In this document: piece by piece, positions 20,699-31,154 of the stretch
How the letters are laid out: each line of letters opens with the position of its first letter
How positions within the stretch are numbered: the stretch's first letter is position 1
Assembly (NCBI GenBank): GCA_964291215.2
Contig: OZ219791.1
Coordinates: 3,424,001-3,488,000 of the forward strand
DNA length: 64,000 nucleotides
Direction of reading: 5' to 3'
Source: Alphaproteobacteria bacterium
Lineage (GTDB): Bacteria > Pseudomonadota > Alphaproteobacteria > MPNO01 > UBA830
Notes under the pieces: model-generated
Databases searched by the model: none
Told to the model about the DNA's origin: nothing
Seen by the model: only the letters and a program-made list of their open reading frames with translations
Translations under genes and position numbers: made by a program

Positions 20699-21370
20699 TC
20701 ATCCCCTCTTCTTGGGCGTCTGCTTCGCGTGGGCGGTTCGAGCCTTGGCCGGAACGTCGGGCCGCTCTTGCTCGGCCTCCAGGAGAAGCGTTGGCGCTTG
20801 CGGCCGGCGCGCGTCCTGGGCCTCCCGAGACAGCGGGACGCGGCGGGGTGCGGGCGGCCGGATGCCCGCGGCGCGCGCCATGGCCTCGTCGAAGCGGCCC
20901 TTCTTGAAGAGGTCGAGGGCGGAAACGCCCGTGGCGGTGTCCACGGCCAAGAGTTGGGCGCGGGTGCCGGCCTGGTTGCCCTGGTCGAGGCGGCGGATGG
21001 CGGCCAGCATCCGACGAATCGCTTGGTCGTGCCTGGCGGAGACGGCCTTGCCGCTGGCCCAATGGTGGACGCTCCGGCGCGAGACATCGAACAGGTCGCT
21101 CAGCTCCTCCCAGGTAAGGCCGGATCGGCGGCGGATTTCCAGGACGGCCTCGGCCGTGAACTCCGCGGCCACGTGGTCGATCTGACCAGCGGGGCCGGCG
21201 GCCGTCCGTTCGACGAATCGGGGAAAGTCGTAAGTGCTCGCGGTCGCCGATCCTGACAGACCAGTGACAACGAGCAAGGCCGCGAAAGCGGCATCAAGGC
21301 CGGGGCGATACATGGAGCCGACCGCGGACGTGTGCGTGGCTGGCATGTCTCGGAGTGCTGGCGCAGTCAT
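20699..21370 (-). CDS. XRE/Cro-like HTH protein with hydrophobic N-terminal segment
   Basis: EIRRRSGLTWEELSDLFDVSRRSVHHWASGK HTH; 4-nt overlap with the upstream gene. Confidence 0.75.
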   Translation of the reverse strand: MTAPALRDMPATHTSAVGSMYRPGLDAAFAALLVVTGLSGSATASTYDFPRFVERTAAGPAGQIDHVAAEFTAEAVLEIRRRSGLTWEELSDLFDVSRRSVHHWASGKAVSARHDQAIRRMLAAIRRLDQGNQAGTRAQLLAVDTATGVSALDLFKKGRFDEAMARAAGIRPPAPRRVPLSREAQDARRPQAPTLLLEAEQERPDVPAKARTAHAKQTPKKRG

Positions 21371-22185
21371 AACTCACCTCCGTAAAATCTCAGGAACTCG
21401 TCCGTGACCACCTGGCGGAAGAGCCAATAAAGACATGTGGCGAATCCGGTGGCGGTTGTCAGCAACTCTTCGCTCGCAAAGGGTCGCGGCTCCGACGTGA
21501 ACATGTCCAAGTCGAGCACCCAGCTCGGCTCACCGATCGGCTCAAGGGCGTCGGGATCATAGGTCGCGTTCGGCGGCAGTTGACCCCAACATCCCTGGAC
21601 GAGGGCGGCGTCCGGAGCCAGGAATTGCGCCTCGGTCATCAGGTGGATGATCGAATCGTCGAGCGCAAAGGGCGGGTCGTCGGCGGGACGCATGATGCTC
21701 AGGATCTCGCGCTGGATCAGGTCGCCGACGCGATCGACGGCCTCGCCGGTCAGGCGGTCGATGTAGCGCAAGCCGAGGCGCTTGGCGTCCGCGGGCTTGA
21801 ATGCCTCCTCGACCGCGGAAACGACGGCGCGAAGCCGGCCCAGAAAATCGGCTCGGCTGTCATAGTCCGAGGTTTCGAGGGCCACGAAATCTACGCCGAG
21901 GGACACGCGCCACGACGGGTCCGCCTCGCTGTCGGTAAGGCGCCAGACGATACCCTGGCGGACGTTCGGGGTCTGGCCGGCGGTCAGCTCGATGCGGTGA
22001 ACCTGGTCCTCGCCGAGATACGGATAGGTCGCGCGGAGGGCTTCCTGGAAGACGGCAACCTTGTCGGGGTTACGGATCGCCAGGATGGGCGAAAACCGGG
22101 CCTGCGCGATCACGCGCGCCAAGGGCGCCCGGGGTAGCGGCACCTCGGGCGTGGGCGTGGGGTTAAGCGGCCACGGTTCCTTCAT
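21367..22185 (-). CDS. TIGR04255 family protein
   Basis: PRAPLARVIAQARF, ALETSDYDS..DF, KRLGLRYIDRL, WVLDLDMF, VTDEFLRFYG; AAGGAGG RBS before the ATG at 22185. Confidence 0.8.
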   Translation of the reverse strand: MKEPWPLNPTPTPEVPLPRAPLARVIAQARFSPILAIRNPDKVAVFQEALRATYPYLGEDQVHRIELTAGQTPNVRQGIVWRLTDSEADPSWRVSLGVDFVALETSDYDSRADFLGRLRAVVSAVEEAFKPADAKRLGLRYIDRLTGEAVDRVGDLIQREILSIMRPADDPPFALDDSIIHLMTEAQFLAPDAALVQGCWGQLPPNATYDPDALEPIGEPSWVLDLDMFTSEPRPFASEELLTTATGFATCLYWLFRQVVTDEFLRFYGGEL

Positions 22186-22323
22186 GTCGGTGTCCTCCTT
22201 GCCTCCGTAGATATGTGAAGTATAATATGAAGTATCACCTCTTGAAAAGGACTTAACGTCGCACCAGATGTGAAATATTGTGTGAGGCAAAGGTTCGACA
22301 GGCCGACAGAAAAAAAATTTCTT
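22186..22323. promoter_or_regulatory. AT-rich divergent promoter region between the TIGR04255 operon and CBASS
   Basis: TATAAT at 22221; repeats TGAAGTAT (22216, 22228) and TGAAATAT (22271). Confidence 0.5.
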
Positions 22324-23580
22324 ATGGAATTTCAATAGCTTGTCCGGGGTCTGCTCGGCAATCTCAGCCCCCTCGACGTGATGCTCGCCGAGATCGCGCT
22401 GCGGATTCAGCTCAGCCCCACGGATCACGGCAAGGCGGTCGGTCGGTACGAGACGGTGAGCGACTGGATCGACCGGCCCGATAGTCCGCTTTGCGGCCTG
22501 GTCGAGCTGACGTACGCCCAAGGCTCGATGGCCATTGATGCCACGATCGCCCGGTGCTCGGATCGGGACGAGTACGACATCGACGCGATGGCGCAGCTCG
22601 GCCTGCCTCGGGACACCGATCCCGAGATCGCGCTGTCGCTGCTGGAGACGAGCATCCGGGGCGAACGCGGCTCGCGCTACTACAACATGACCACGCGCCG
22701 GACCCGGTGCGTCACGATCGAGTACGCGGACGGGATGCACCTAGACGTGACGCCGGCGATTCTCTTGCCGGACCTGATCGAGCGGACCTCGTTCATCTTC
22801 CACTTCAAGCCCGAGGACCCGAGAGAGCCCAAGCTGCGGCTCCACGCCAATCCCTATGGCTTCGCCGGGTGATTCAAGGAGATGACGCCGGCCGACGTGG
22901 CGTTCGCCGAGTATTTCGAGCGGCGCTCCCTGGAGGAGGCGCGGATTCGCGCCATGGCCAAGGGCGAGACGGAGCCAGTGCCGAACCAGATGCCGGCCTA
23001 TCGCAAGTCGATGGCCTTGATCGCGCTCCAGCTCATCAAGCGCTACCGCAACGTGCGCTATGAGCGCCGGCCCAGCCTGCGGCGGCCGCCGTCGGTGCTG
23101 CTGTGCAAGTATGTCGCCGACCACGCGAACCGGACGACGACGCTGGCGGAGGAGGTGCTGCATCAGGCGTCGGCCATGCTGGATATTTTCGAGGCGGCGC
23201 ACCGGGCCGGCCGGTTCGTCCACGAGGTGAACCCGAGGTGCCTGACCGACGTGCTGACCGATCGCTGGTCGGCGAGCGCGGAGGACCAGGCCCGCTTCAT
23301 CGCCGACCAGCGCGAACTGACCCAAATGCTGGTGCGGCTCCTGGAGGGCGTGCCGCTGGAGGAGATGCGGAAGACTCTCGAAGACCTGTTCGGCGAGCGG
23401 CCGGCGCGCGATGTCGTGTCGGACTACATCAAGCGCTACGGCTGGCAGGTGGGACACGGGGGCGGCGCTCACCTGCCGAGGATCGGACAGGTCCCGGCGG
23501 CCGGCGTGATGCTCGGCTCGATGCCGACGGCGGCGCGAAGCACGCCGGGGCACCGCTTCTTCGGCGATGAACCGGAATGA
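22324..23580 (+). pseudogene. CBASS CD-NTase (cGAS/DncV-like nucleotidyltransferase) with in-frame stop(s)
   Basis: QGSMAIDATI...EYDID, RCVTIEYADGMHLDVTP, ANPYGFAG*FK (TGA 22870-22872 where Trp is expected), RPPSVLL, C-terminal HRFFGD; ORFs 22378-22872 and 22882-23580 are in frame; possible second stop TAG at 22336. Confidence 0.85.
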
Positions 23581-24385
23581 CTTGGCTGACCGTCCAGGAG
23601 CAGGACCGACGGATTCGGGAGGTCTTCCCGGAGTTCAAGCTGACCCTGAACGCCGGCTGGATGGCAGTGTGGGAGGGACCGCTGACGCCGATCATGCGGC
23701 GTTATCGCGTCCGCGTCGTACATTTCCGGCGCCGGTTCTTCGACACCTGGTCGCTGGAGAACGACTATGCCGCGGTCCAGGTGGTCGATCCCGTGATCGG
23801 GCTCGACCCGCGCGGCACGAGGCAATTGCCGCCGCACATCTACTTCAACATGGCCAACCCGCCATGTCCCCGGCTTTGCCTGTACGACCCGAAGGAGAGG
23901 CTTTGGGCCCCGGAGGAATACATCGCGGACACGATCATCCCCTGGACCATCGACTGGCTGTTCTTTTCGAGGGCTGGCTTGATACGGGGACGTGGGAAGG
24001 CGGGGGACGACACCCGGAGAGAAGGTCAAGCTCATGCCCCAGAACGGACGCCTCGGACCCGGAGAGCCGCGATCGGTTGGATCGCTCCGTCGCCGCCGGG
24101 TTCCACAGGCTTGGCCAAAGGATCGGCGTTTTCGCATCCTTTCCATTGATGGAGGTGGCATCCGAGGGGTGTTTCCCGCCACTCTCCTGGGAGAGCTGGA
24201 GCGGCGGCACACCGGTGGCCGACCGATTGGCGAGTATTTTGATCTCGTCGCCGGCACCTCCACGGGCGGCATCCTTGCCCTTGGCCTTGCGGCGGGGCTC
24301 ACGGCCGGGGAGTTGCAAGATCTTTATGTCCGGTGCGGACCCGAAATCTTTCCGCGTCTCGTCGGAGGCTGGCTTGGCCGCGTGA
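23577..24385 (+). pseudogene. Bacterial E2-like (Cap2-type, E2-only) protein, frameshifted
   Basis: WEGPLTP, LPPHIY, RLCLYDP...W, TIIPWTIDWLFF; a 1-nt loss near 23968 would restore FFYEGWLDTGTWEGGGRHP; 3' boundary uncertain. Confidence 0.75.
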
Positions 24386-24546
24386 TCGGCTGGCTGACCT
24401 GGCCCTAGTACCTGGGCAACGCCCGTTACGACCGGAAAGCACTGAGCGAGATACTCGGCGAGACGCTGGGAGACCGAACCATTGGCGACGCCAAGGTGCG
24501 CCTGTGCGTCCCGTGCTTCGACGGCCGGAATAGCGAGGTCTATGCT
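24034..24546 (+). pseudogene. CBASS patatin-like phospholipase effector (CapV-like), nonsense mutation and IS-truncated
   Basis: ILSIDGGGIRG, FDLVAGTSTGGILA; TAG at 24406-24408, then RYDRKAL...VPCFD, cut by the IS30 end at 24547. Confidence 0.85.
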
Positions 24547-25711
24547 CCCCACTTCCAGTCTGAAGTGCAACACCCGGCCCTCATCGCAGTGAGGGCCGGG
24601 TGTTGCACAAGTTTCCCTCTCTGCCCCTCTCGATTCCGCCTGGGAACAGCTTCAGTTCCTTCAACATCGAGCTTATGCAACGCCTTTGTCGGCTTCAAGC
24701 CACTATTTCGCCGTCGCGCGGCATGGACCCTGCTGCACGTTGCGGCTGCGGAACATGGCGCAGATGGTCAGGGCGGTTTCACTTCAAGATTACCTCCGTC
24801 GGCGATCCCAGGACTTTCCGAGTGTTGAGCCGCACCTTCTGAACATCTTCGTTGCATGTCGCGCGAAAGTCCGTGCCCTTCGGGAAGTACTCCCGCACCA
24901 GGCCGTTGGTGTGCTCATTCAAGCCGCGCTCCCAAGAATGGAAAGGCGAAGAAGAAATCTGCGTCAAGTGCGACGCGCCTGTGGTCTGCGAACTCCTTGC
25001 CGTTGTGATTGTGTGGACCAATAGCGCACCAGAGCCGAGCAGGCGGATCATGACCGAACCGACCGGGTCTTTCTGTCCACCCGGCAAGGTGTATTTCGTG
25101 GCACGAGCGACACGACAGCTCCACTGTGAGCTTTGCCGATGATGGCTCCCAGTCGCCGATCCGTTCCTTTGCCTCCGCAGGGCGCTCGGAAATGTCCACC
25201 CGGCCGGAATGGCATCCGCCCTTCCAGTTCGGCTTCTTGCCGCGCCGCCGAAGCTTCAAGGCGCCCCCAGCTCTCCGATCTTCGGCGATCATAGATCCGT
25301 TGCCGACCCACGGCCTTCCAGTCGAAAACGGCCGCTGCTCGGGGCCCTCCCGCAGCTTTTTCTGAGCTTCAGCTCGAGGCGTCAACCGCCAAGAAACAGA
25401 CGAGGCGGCCCTGCGTTTCTGCCATCCTTTGCGCCTGCTTGTGACGGTAACCCCGTCCCCCGGTGTTGCGCTTGATCTCCCGGAAAATTGTTGATCGGCC
25501 CAGCTGCCGAGCAATCGCACCTTGTGAAAGACCGCTTTTCTGCCTCAATCTGGCATCGCTCTTCGTAGGTGACGGTAGCCTTTGGACATGAACAAGCTCC
25601 CTCCATCTTGTACAGGAACTCTCGCCGCTGCTGGACAGCTCCGCAACATCATGCGTCTAAAAACACATGGCCACAGCCCATCATGTGTTGCACTTCACTA
25701 TGGAACGGGGG
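24547..25711 (-). mobile_element. IS30-family element, eroded transposase
   Basis: 26-bp imperfect TIRs (CCCCACTTCCAGTCTGAAGTGCAACA / TGTTGCACTTCACTATGGAACGGGGG); fragments ISERP..RIGDWE, NGKEFADH, HSWERGLNEHTNGLVREYFPKGTDF. Confidence 0.88.
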
Positions 25712-25766
25712 GGGGGGTCATTTCCGCGCCGGCATGTTAAGTATGATTCATTGATAGAGGGGGACT

Positions 25767-25799
25767 GATCAAGTCAACTCACGAGGTCAGGACGTCTGA
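25767..25799 (+). repeat. Orphan terminal repeat, 31/33 identical to 43506-43538
   Basis: GATCAAGTCAACTCACGAGGTCAGGACGTCTGA versus GATCAAGTCAGCTCACGAGGTCAGGACATCTGA. Confidence 0.7.
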
Positions 25800-26125
25800 A
25801 TTTTCCGCGCCGAGAAGGTCTCATTGAGCCTTGGCGGTACGATTGCAGCGCGACGCAGACCGAACAATCTCGCCGGTCGCCGCTGGATTAGCAGCGTGGG
25901 ATCGTCGTGGCACCGGGCCGTGCGCGGAAGCGGGTGACAGGCCGGGAGGCGATGGCGCCAACAGTCGGGTCCCATCCTGCCGGGGATATGTCCATCCCGT
26001 CAAGGCCGGATGCCGATTGACAGCCGGCTGTGTACGCCCCACACTGCCAATGCTGACTTTGGCGTCTGGCGTCGCCCGGAGCGCAATCGTCAGGATCCGT
26101 CATGAAATGCAACGGGGGCCTGTCC

Positions 26126-26890
26126 ATGGCAGTGGTCGTTCCGACTAACAAGTCCGTGGAAACGCTCGAGGGCATTCACCTTTACCACGGGGGCATTTCG
26201 AACTGCTCGATGTGGGTCCGCATGACGCTGATCGAGAAGGGTCTGCCTTGGACTGGTCACCATCTCGACCTGAAGCTCAAGGAAAACATTTCGGGCGAGT
26301 ACTTCGGCATCAATCCGAACGGTCTAGTGCCGACTCTGATCGACAATGGCGTCGTCCATATCGAATCCAACGATATCATCGACTATCTCGACGAAACCTA
26401 CCCCGACCCCTCGCTGCGCGCCTCTGGCAATGAAGACGAGATGCTTGAATGGCTTCGTCTTTCAGCGTCCATCCACGTGCCGGCGATCAAGCCGTATGTC
26501 TACGCGACCAAGATGCAGAAGAAATTGAAGAAGACTGCCGAAGAGCAAAAAAAGTACGACGAGCTTCAGAAGAACGAGGAGATGAAAGAATTCCACGCGA
26601 AACATGCCGGTGGCAGCCAGTTCGGCGAGGAGGATATTGCCAAGGCAAAGGAGATACTTGAGGGGTGTTTCACCAAACTCGAAAACACCCTGGAGGGCCG
26701 TGAATGGATCATGGGCGATCAGTTCACCCTGGCTGACATTTCCTGGATCCCCACGCACTTCGTGCTCGAAGGATGCGGCTATCCGTTCAAAGACTACCCG
26801 AACGTTCTGTGCTGGGCGGCGGCTTTTCAGGACCGGGAGAGCTACAGGGGCGGTATCCTGAAGTGGTGCCCGGATTTCTCAAAAGTCTGA
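26126..26890 (+). CDS. Glutathione S-transferase family protein
   Basis: LYHGGISNCS, INPNGLVPTL, IESNDIIDYLD, FTLADI. Confidence 0.9.
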   Translation: MAVVVPTNKSVETLEGIHLYHGGISNCSMWVRMTLIEKGLPWTGHHLDLKLKENISGEYFGINPNGLVPTLIDNGVVHIESNDIIDYLDETYPDPSLRASGNEDEMLEWLRLSASIHVPAIKPYVYATKMQKKLKKTAEEQKKYDELQKNEEMKEFHAKHAGGSQFGEEDIAKAKEILEGCFTKLENTLEGREWIMGDQFTLADISWIPTHFVLEGCGYPFKDYPNVLCWAAAFQDRESYRGGILKWCPDFSKV

Positions 26891-26997
26891 GTTTCCGGCA
26901 GCGATAAGGCACTCTGATTTCCCGAACCGAACAGCGGGATGTGCAGTCAGGGTAGTCGCCTTCTGTAATCGGGTCCGTAGTCAAGCAGCCCCTCGGA

Positions 26998-28127
26998 CCC
27001 TATCAATCTAACGTACTTAACTCCGTGTCTTTATCTCCTTCCGAGTGGTTCTCGTCCCAGTCCTCCTTGGCCCGAATGCCGATGACGGCCTGAGACAGGA
27101 ACCTGACGCCCTCCCATAGCTTCTGTGTGCCGGGCAGCGGCTGGCGCTTCGAGGGATGGAAGCCGGCCAGCCCGCCGGTGAGCGCGACGAAGCTCATGAT
27201 GGTCATGTCCGGCGGTGCCCGGGGAAGCTTGATGCCGTAATAGGTGGCGAGGGCGCAGAGCGCCGTGATGTCCTCCCTCGTGACATACTGTTTGGTCGTT
27301 CGGCCTCTCGCGGGCCAGGATGGAGAGGTCCCAGACCCGGAACGCGGCGTCGAAAGCGAAGCACTTCTTCAGATCGTCGGCCGCGTCGGCGGTCCTCGAT
27401 GCGGGTGCCGACCTTCAGAGCGTGGAAGAAGCGTTCGATCTTCCAGCGCAACTCGTACCAGCGCAAGATGGTGCGAGCGGTCTTGCGATCGGCCTCGGTG
27501 GTCAGCAACATCCAGGGCTCGCCCTTCTTCCCCGCCACGAGGTGATGGGGCGGGTTCTCCTCAAGGGCGGAGACCGCGATCATGCGAATCGGCCCCTCGC
27601 CCCCTTCGGGGCAACCAGGTCCACGGGCGTGCAGCACAGCGTCAGCTTCGCGGCCCTTCCTGCGGTTCGGACCGCCGCAGGCGGGAACCACGATCCGGCA
27701 CCTGGGCTCCGTTTCCAGCACATGGTCCCAGAGGTCTGCGTCGCCGCCCGAACGCAGCGCCACCCGGCGCTGCCTTCCCCGACTCGCCCGGATCAGCAGC
27801 GCTGCCCCGGTTTCCTCGGCCCGCGAGATCATCTCCCAGAAGTCGCCCTCGCGGTCGCAGACCGTCACCACGCGGGTGTCGTCCAGACAGGCGCGCGCAA
27901 GTTTCTGCGCGCGGTCGAGGATCCAGCGGACGCTGTCCTTGTCCTCAGCCTGGCGGAAGTCGGCGGCCGCTTCGAACATTCCGAGCGGCCCGCGTTCACC
28001 GCCATGCCGACCAGGATGCCCGAGGTGCCCTTGCCGCCGCCGCCGCCGAGGTCGTCGAGGCCCGATGTCCCCGACAGGCCGTCGTAGGTGTCCTGCACGG
28101 CCAGCACCAGCCGCTCTGCGCGGCACC
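26998..28127 (-). mobile_element. IS4-family (IS50/Tn5-like) transposase remnant
   Basis: LAVQDT, VCDREGDFWE, WYELRWKIERFFHALKVG, GFHPSKRQPLPG, split across several frames. Confidence 0.82.
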
Positions 28128-28201
28128 GCTCCGCAACATCATGCGTCTAAAAACACATGGACACAGCCCATCATGTGTTGCACTTCACTATGGAACGGGG
28201 G
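28128..28201 (-). mobile_element. IS30 left-end fragment (direct repeat of 25638-25711)
   Basis: 74-bp near-identical repeat ending TGTTGCACTTCACTATGGAACGGGGG. Confidence 0.85.
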
Positions 28202-28229
28202 TGATATAGAAGGGACGAAGAATCTCGCT

Positions 28230-29769
28230 TTGGGGCGGGAATTGGCCGATCAGACCGGGAATCCGCCGGATTTTCGGAAAACTTCGCGAGAATTGCCATG
28301 CGAAACGTCATCAGCCCGCAGCTGGAATTGGGTCAGGTTGCGATCGAGAAGATCGATCTCAGCGAAAACTCGCGGGATGACATCCCACCGATGCTGCGCG
28401 GGATTCAGCACGTGTATGCCGACCCGGCTGTTCAAGATCCTGGAGGAGGGGATTCTTCCGAGAGTGTCCCACAGGAAAGGGCGTCCCGGCGCTGTGGAAG
28501 ATCCTGGTGTCCTGAAGCAGGGCTTGGGGTATGACCTTGATCATCTGCACGAGCTGGTGAACGAGACGGTTCGCAAGTTCCTGGACCACGGCGATATCCG
28601 GGACAACACGAGGTACAGCTATCGGACGGTGCTGGAGAACGTCAGCCATCTGACGCCGGAAGTGCTGGAGAAGGTATCGCAGCTGGTGGCGGAGAGCGGC
28701 CATGCGATGGTCCGCAAGAGCAAGTCGGACGGGTCCTTTGCGGGGCCGCTGCGATTCGTTCGTGGTGCACTACCCGACGGACGTCAACCTGCTGCAGGAT
28801 GCGTTGCCTGGTGCGCGGCCGCGCAGCCGTGCTCGCGGGGGTAGCGGCAGTGGTAGAATCGGAACCGCGGGAAGCGCTTTCAGAAGAGACCAGGCGGGCC
28901 TCTTCGGAGGACGGTACCTCGACGACAGTCGGGAGTTGGAGCGCAGGAGACGGTTCCGGCACTTGTGGAGAAGGGCGTCGGGGCCTTCAGGATTCTCAAG
29001 ATCGAATCGTACCTCAACCATGCCCGCCGGCAGATCGACCAGGTGGACCGCCGCCTAAGGCGAGAAGATCCCGCGGGAAGAGAAGGTGTTTTCGATCTTT
29101 GAGGAGCGCTGGTGCGTGAAGGGCAAGTGCCGGTGGAACTCGGCGTGCCGGTGGCCGTGCTGGAGGACCAGCACGGTTTCCTCCTGCACCACCGGATCCT
29201 GTGGGAGGGCAGTGACGTGGACCATGCGGTGCCCATGATCCGGGAAGCACAGGCTCGCTTCCCCGACCTGTGCAGTTTCGATCGCGGGTTCCACAGCCCC
29301 CGGATTGCACTGGACGAGCTGCTGGACGCGCTGCTGAAGAAGGGAAAGCCTGGTCGGGCGGAACGGGAAGCTGAGACGACGTTCCGGGAGATGCGCCGAC
29401 AGCATCCGGTCGTGGGGTCGGCGATCAACAATCTTGGGCAACGCGACATGGACCGGGTCCTGTGGGGTGGACGGCTTTGCGCGGATGGTGGCGCTGTCCA
29501 TGGTCGCCTTCAATTGTCCACCGTCTGCTGCTGCACGGACGGGCCCGACGACGACGAAAACGCGCCGCCTGACGGCGGTGCCCCTCCACCCCACCCACCC
29601 GCCGGGAGCGGGAACGGAGCCGCTCGTCCGGCTTCTCGGCTGGAAGAGCCCTGATACCGCCGCGAATCAGCAGGAATCCCCCGAAAACGGAGCGGGACCC
29701 GGAAGGGCGATCAAACCAGAAATTTCGCCGGAATCTCAGCCAAAACGGTCATTTCCGCGCGGGCACTAA
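28230..29769 (+). mobile_element. IS5/ISNCY-type transposase remnant
   Basis: SRDDIPPMLRGIQH, RCDSFVVHYPTDVNLLQDA, EKVFSIFE, VELGVPVAVLEDQHGFLLHH, SFDRGFHSP; ends GGGCACTAA. Confidence 0.75.
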
Positions 29770-30209
29770 CTCATCGACGCCTCCCGGTTCGGGGTTCGCG
29801 CACTGCGGTCGGATGCTTTGCGCGACATACGCAAGATTGCTACACGGGCTAAAGCCTCGCATTCCGGCGAGGGCTTCAAGCGACTGTTGACAGTACCGCC
29901 GTCTCGGCCCGCGGGTGCTCGGTTCCATGGGTTGCGACAATCCCTGCTACAGCCGTTATCCTTCGTTGTCCAACCGCCAATTCGGAAGGTGCCGAAAGAG
30001 ATCCTGGCCGGACCCAGGGTGGCGATATCTCCGCCGTCGCCGGGGGGGCTTCGTCAGGACATCTCCTGGCCGCGGTCGCATTCCGACGCGTGCGCAGCAG
30101 CTCGGCGCCTGCCTGTCATGCTAAACCTTGCATGGTGCGCAGGAATGTCGATAGTGTGCCGGATCGGGGCTGGGTATGCTGGCCGCGGTCCCGGTACGGG
30201 AGACGCGCA

Positions 30210-31154
30210 GTGAAGGCGATTCGTTTCGACCGGTTTGGCGGGCCCGGAGAGTTGCGGCTCGTCGACATGCCGGATCCGGTTCCAGGAGATGGCGAAGTCC
30301 TGATCGAGGTGCATGCGGTCAGCGTCGTGCCTGGCGACTGCAAGCTGCGGAATGGCGATCTTGTCGACCATTTTCCGGTGACGCCGCCCAAGGTGCCGGG
30401 GAGGGATGGCGCCGGCATCGTCCGCGGCGTCGGCGGCGGGGTCGCGGGTTTCGGCCCGGGCGACCGGGTCTGCTTCACCTGTCAGCATGTCGATCAGGGA
30501 TCCTATGCCGAGCTCACCTGTCGTCCTGTCGCCGAGGTGGTTGCCATGCCCGAGCGGCTGGATTTCATCGAGGCTGCGGCGGTGATGCATGCGGGCGTCT
30601 GCGCCCACATCGCGATCGTCGGAACCGCCGACGTGAAGATCGGAGACAGGGTACTGGTCCAAGCCGCTGCAGGTGCCATCGGCGGCATGGCCGTGCAGCT
30701 ATGCAGACATCTCGGCGCCGAGGTCACTGGCACCTGCAGTGCCCGTAATGCCGACCATGTGAGGGCGTTGGGCGCCGAGCGAGTCATCGCCTATGACGTG
30801 GAGGATTTCGCGGCGGTGGCTGGGGAGCAGGATGTCGTGCTCGATCTGGTGGGCGGGAACGTCCATGCGCGTTCTCGCACCGTCCTGCGGCCGGGCGGGA
30901 TGCTGGTCTGGCTCATTGCCCTGCCTTTCGGGGAGGAGGATGACGGGCGGGATGTCGTGGTGCGGCAGGCGATCATCAAGGACAACCTCGAGATTCTGTC
31001 GGCTGTGGTTACGCTGGCCGAGGAAGGGCATCTTCGACCGCTGATCAGCCGCGTGCTGCCGCTTGAGGAGGCGGCCCAGGCCCATCGCATCGTCGAGACC
31101 GGCGAGAACACCCGTGGCCGCCTCGTGCTTGAGGTCCGGCGGCCTTCGGCATGA
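30210..31154 (+). CDS. NADP-dependent MDR-family oxidoreductase (quinone reductase-like)
   Basis: KAIRFDRFGGP, PGRDGAG, AAAGAIG, RGRLVL; GTG start at 30210. Confidence 0.88.
   Translation: MKAIRFDRFGGPGELRLVDMPDPVPGDGEVLIEVHAVSVVPGDCKLRNGDLVDHFPVTPPKVPGRDGAGIVRGVGGGVAGFGPGDRVCFTCQHVDQGSYAELTCRPVAEVVAMPERLDFIEAAAVMHAGVCAHIAIVGTADVKIGDRVLVQAAAGAIGGMAVQLCRHLGAEVTGTCSARNADHVRALGAERVIAYDVEDFAAVAGEQDVVLDLVGGNVHARSRTVLRPGGMLVWLIALPFGEEDDGRDVVVRQAIIKDNLEILSAVVTLAEEGHLRPLISRVLPLEEAAQAHRIVETGENTRGRLVLEVRRPSA

Noticed and set aside
21367-22740. 457-aa version of the TIGR04255 ORF
   Set aside because: The extension is the antisense shadow of the CD-NTase plus the promoter region; the RBS and family N-terminus place the start at 22185
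25707-25717. Poly-G tract as a phase-variation switch
   Set aside because: It lies at the IS30 terminus junction, not in a gene or evident promoter, and homopolymer length is error-prone
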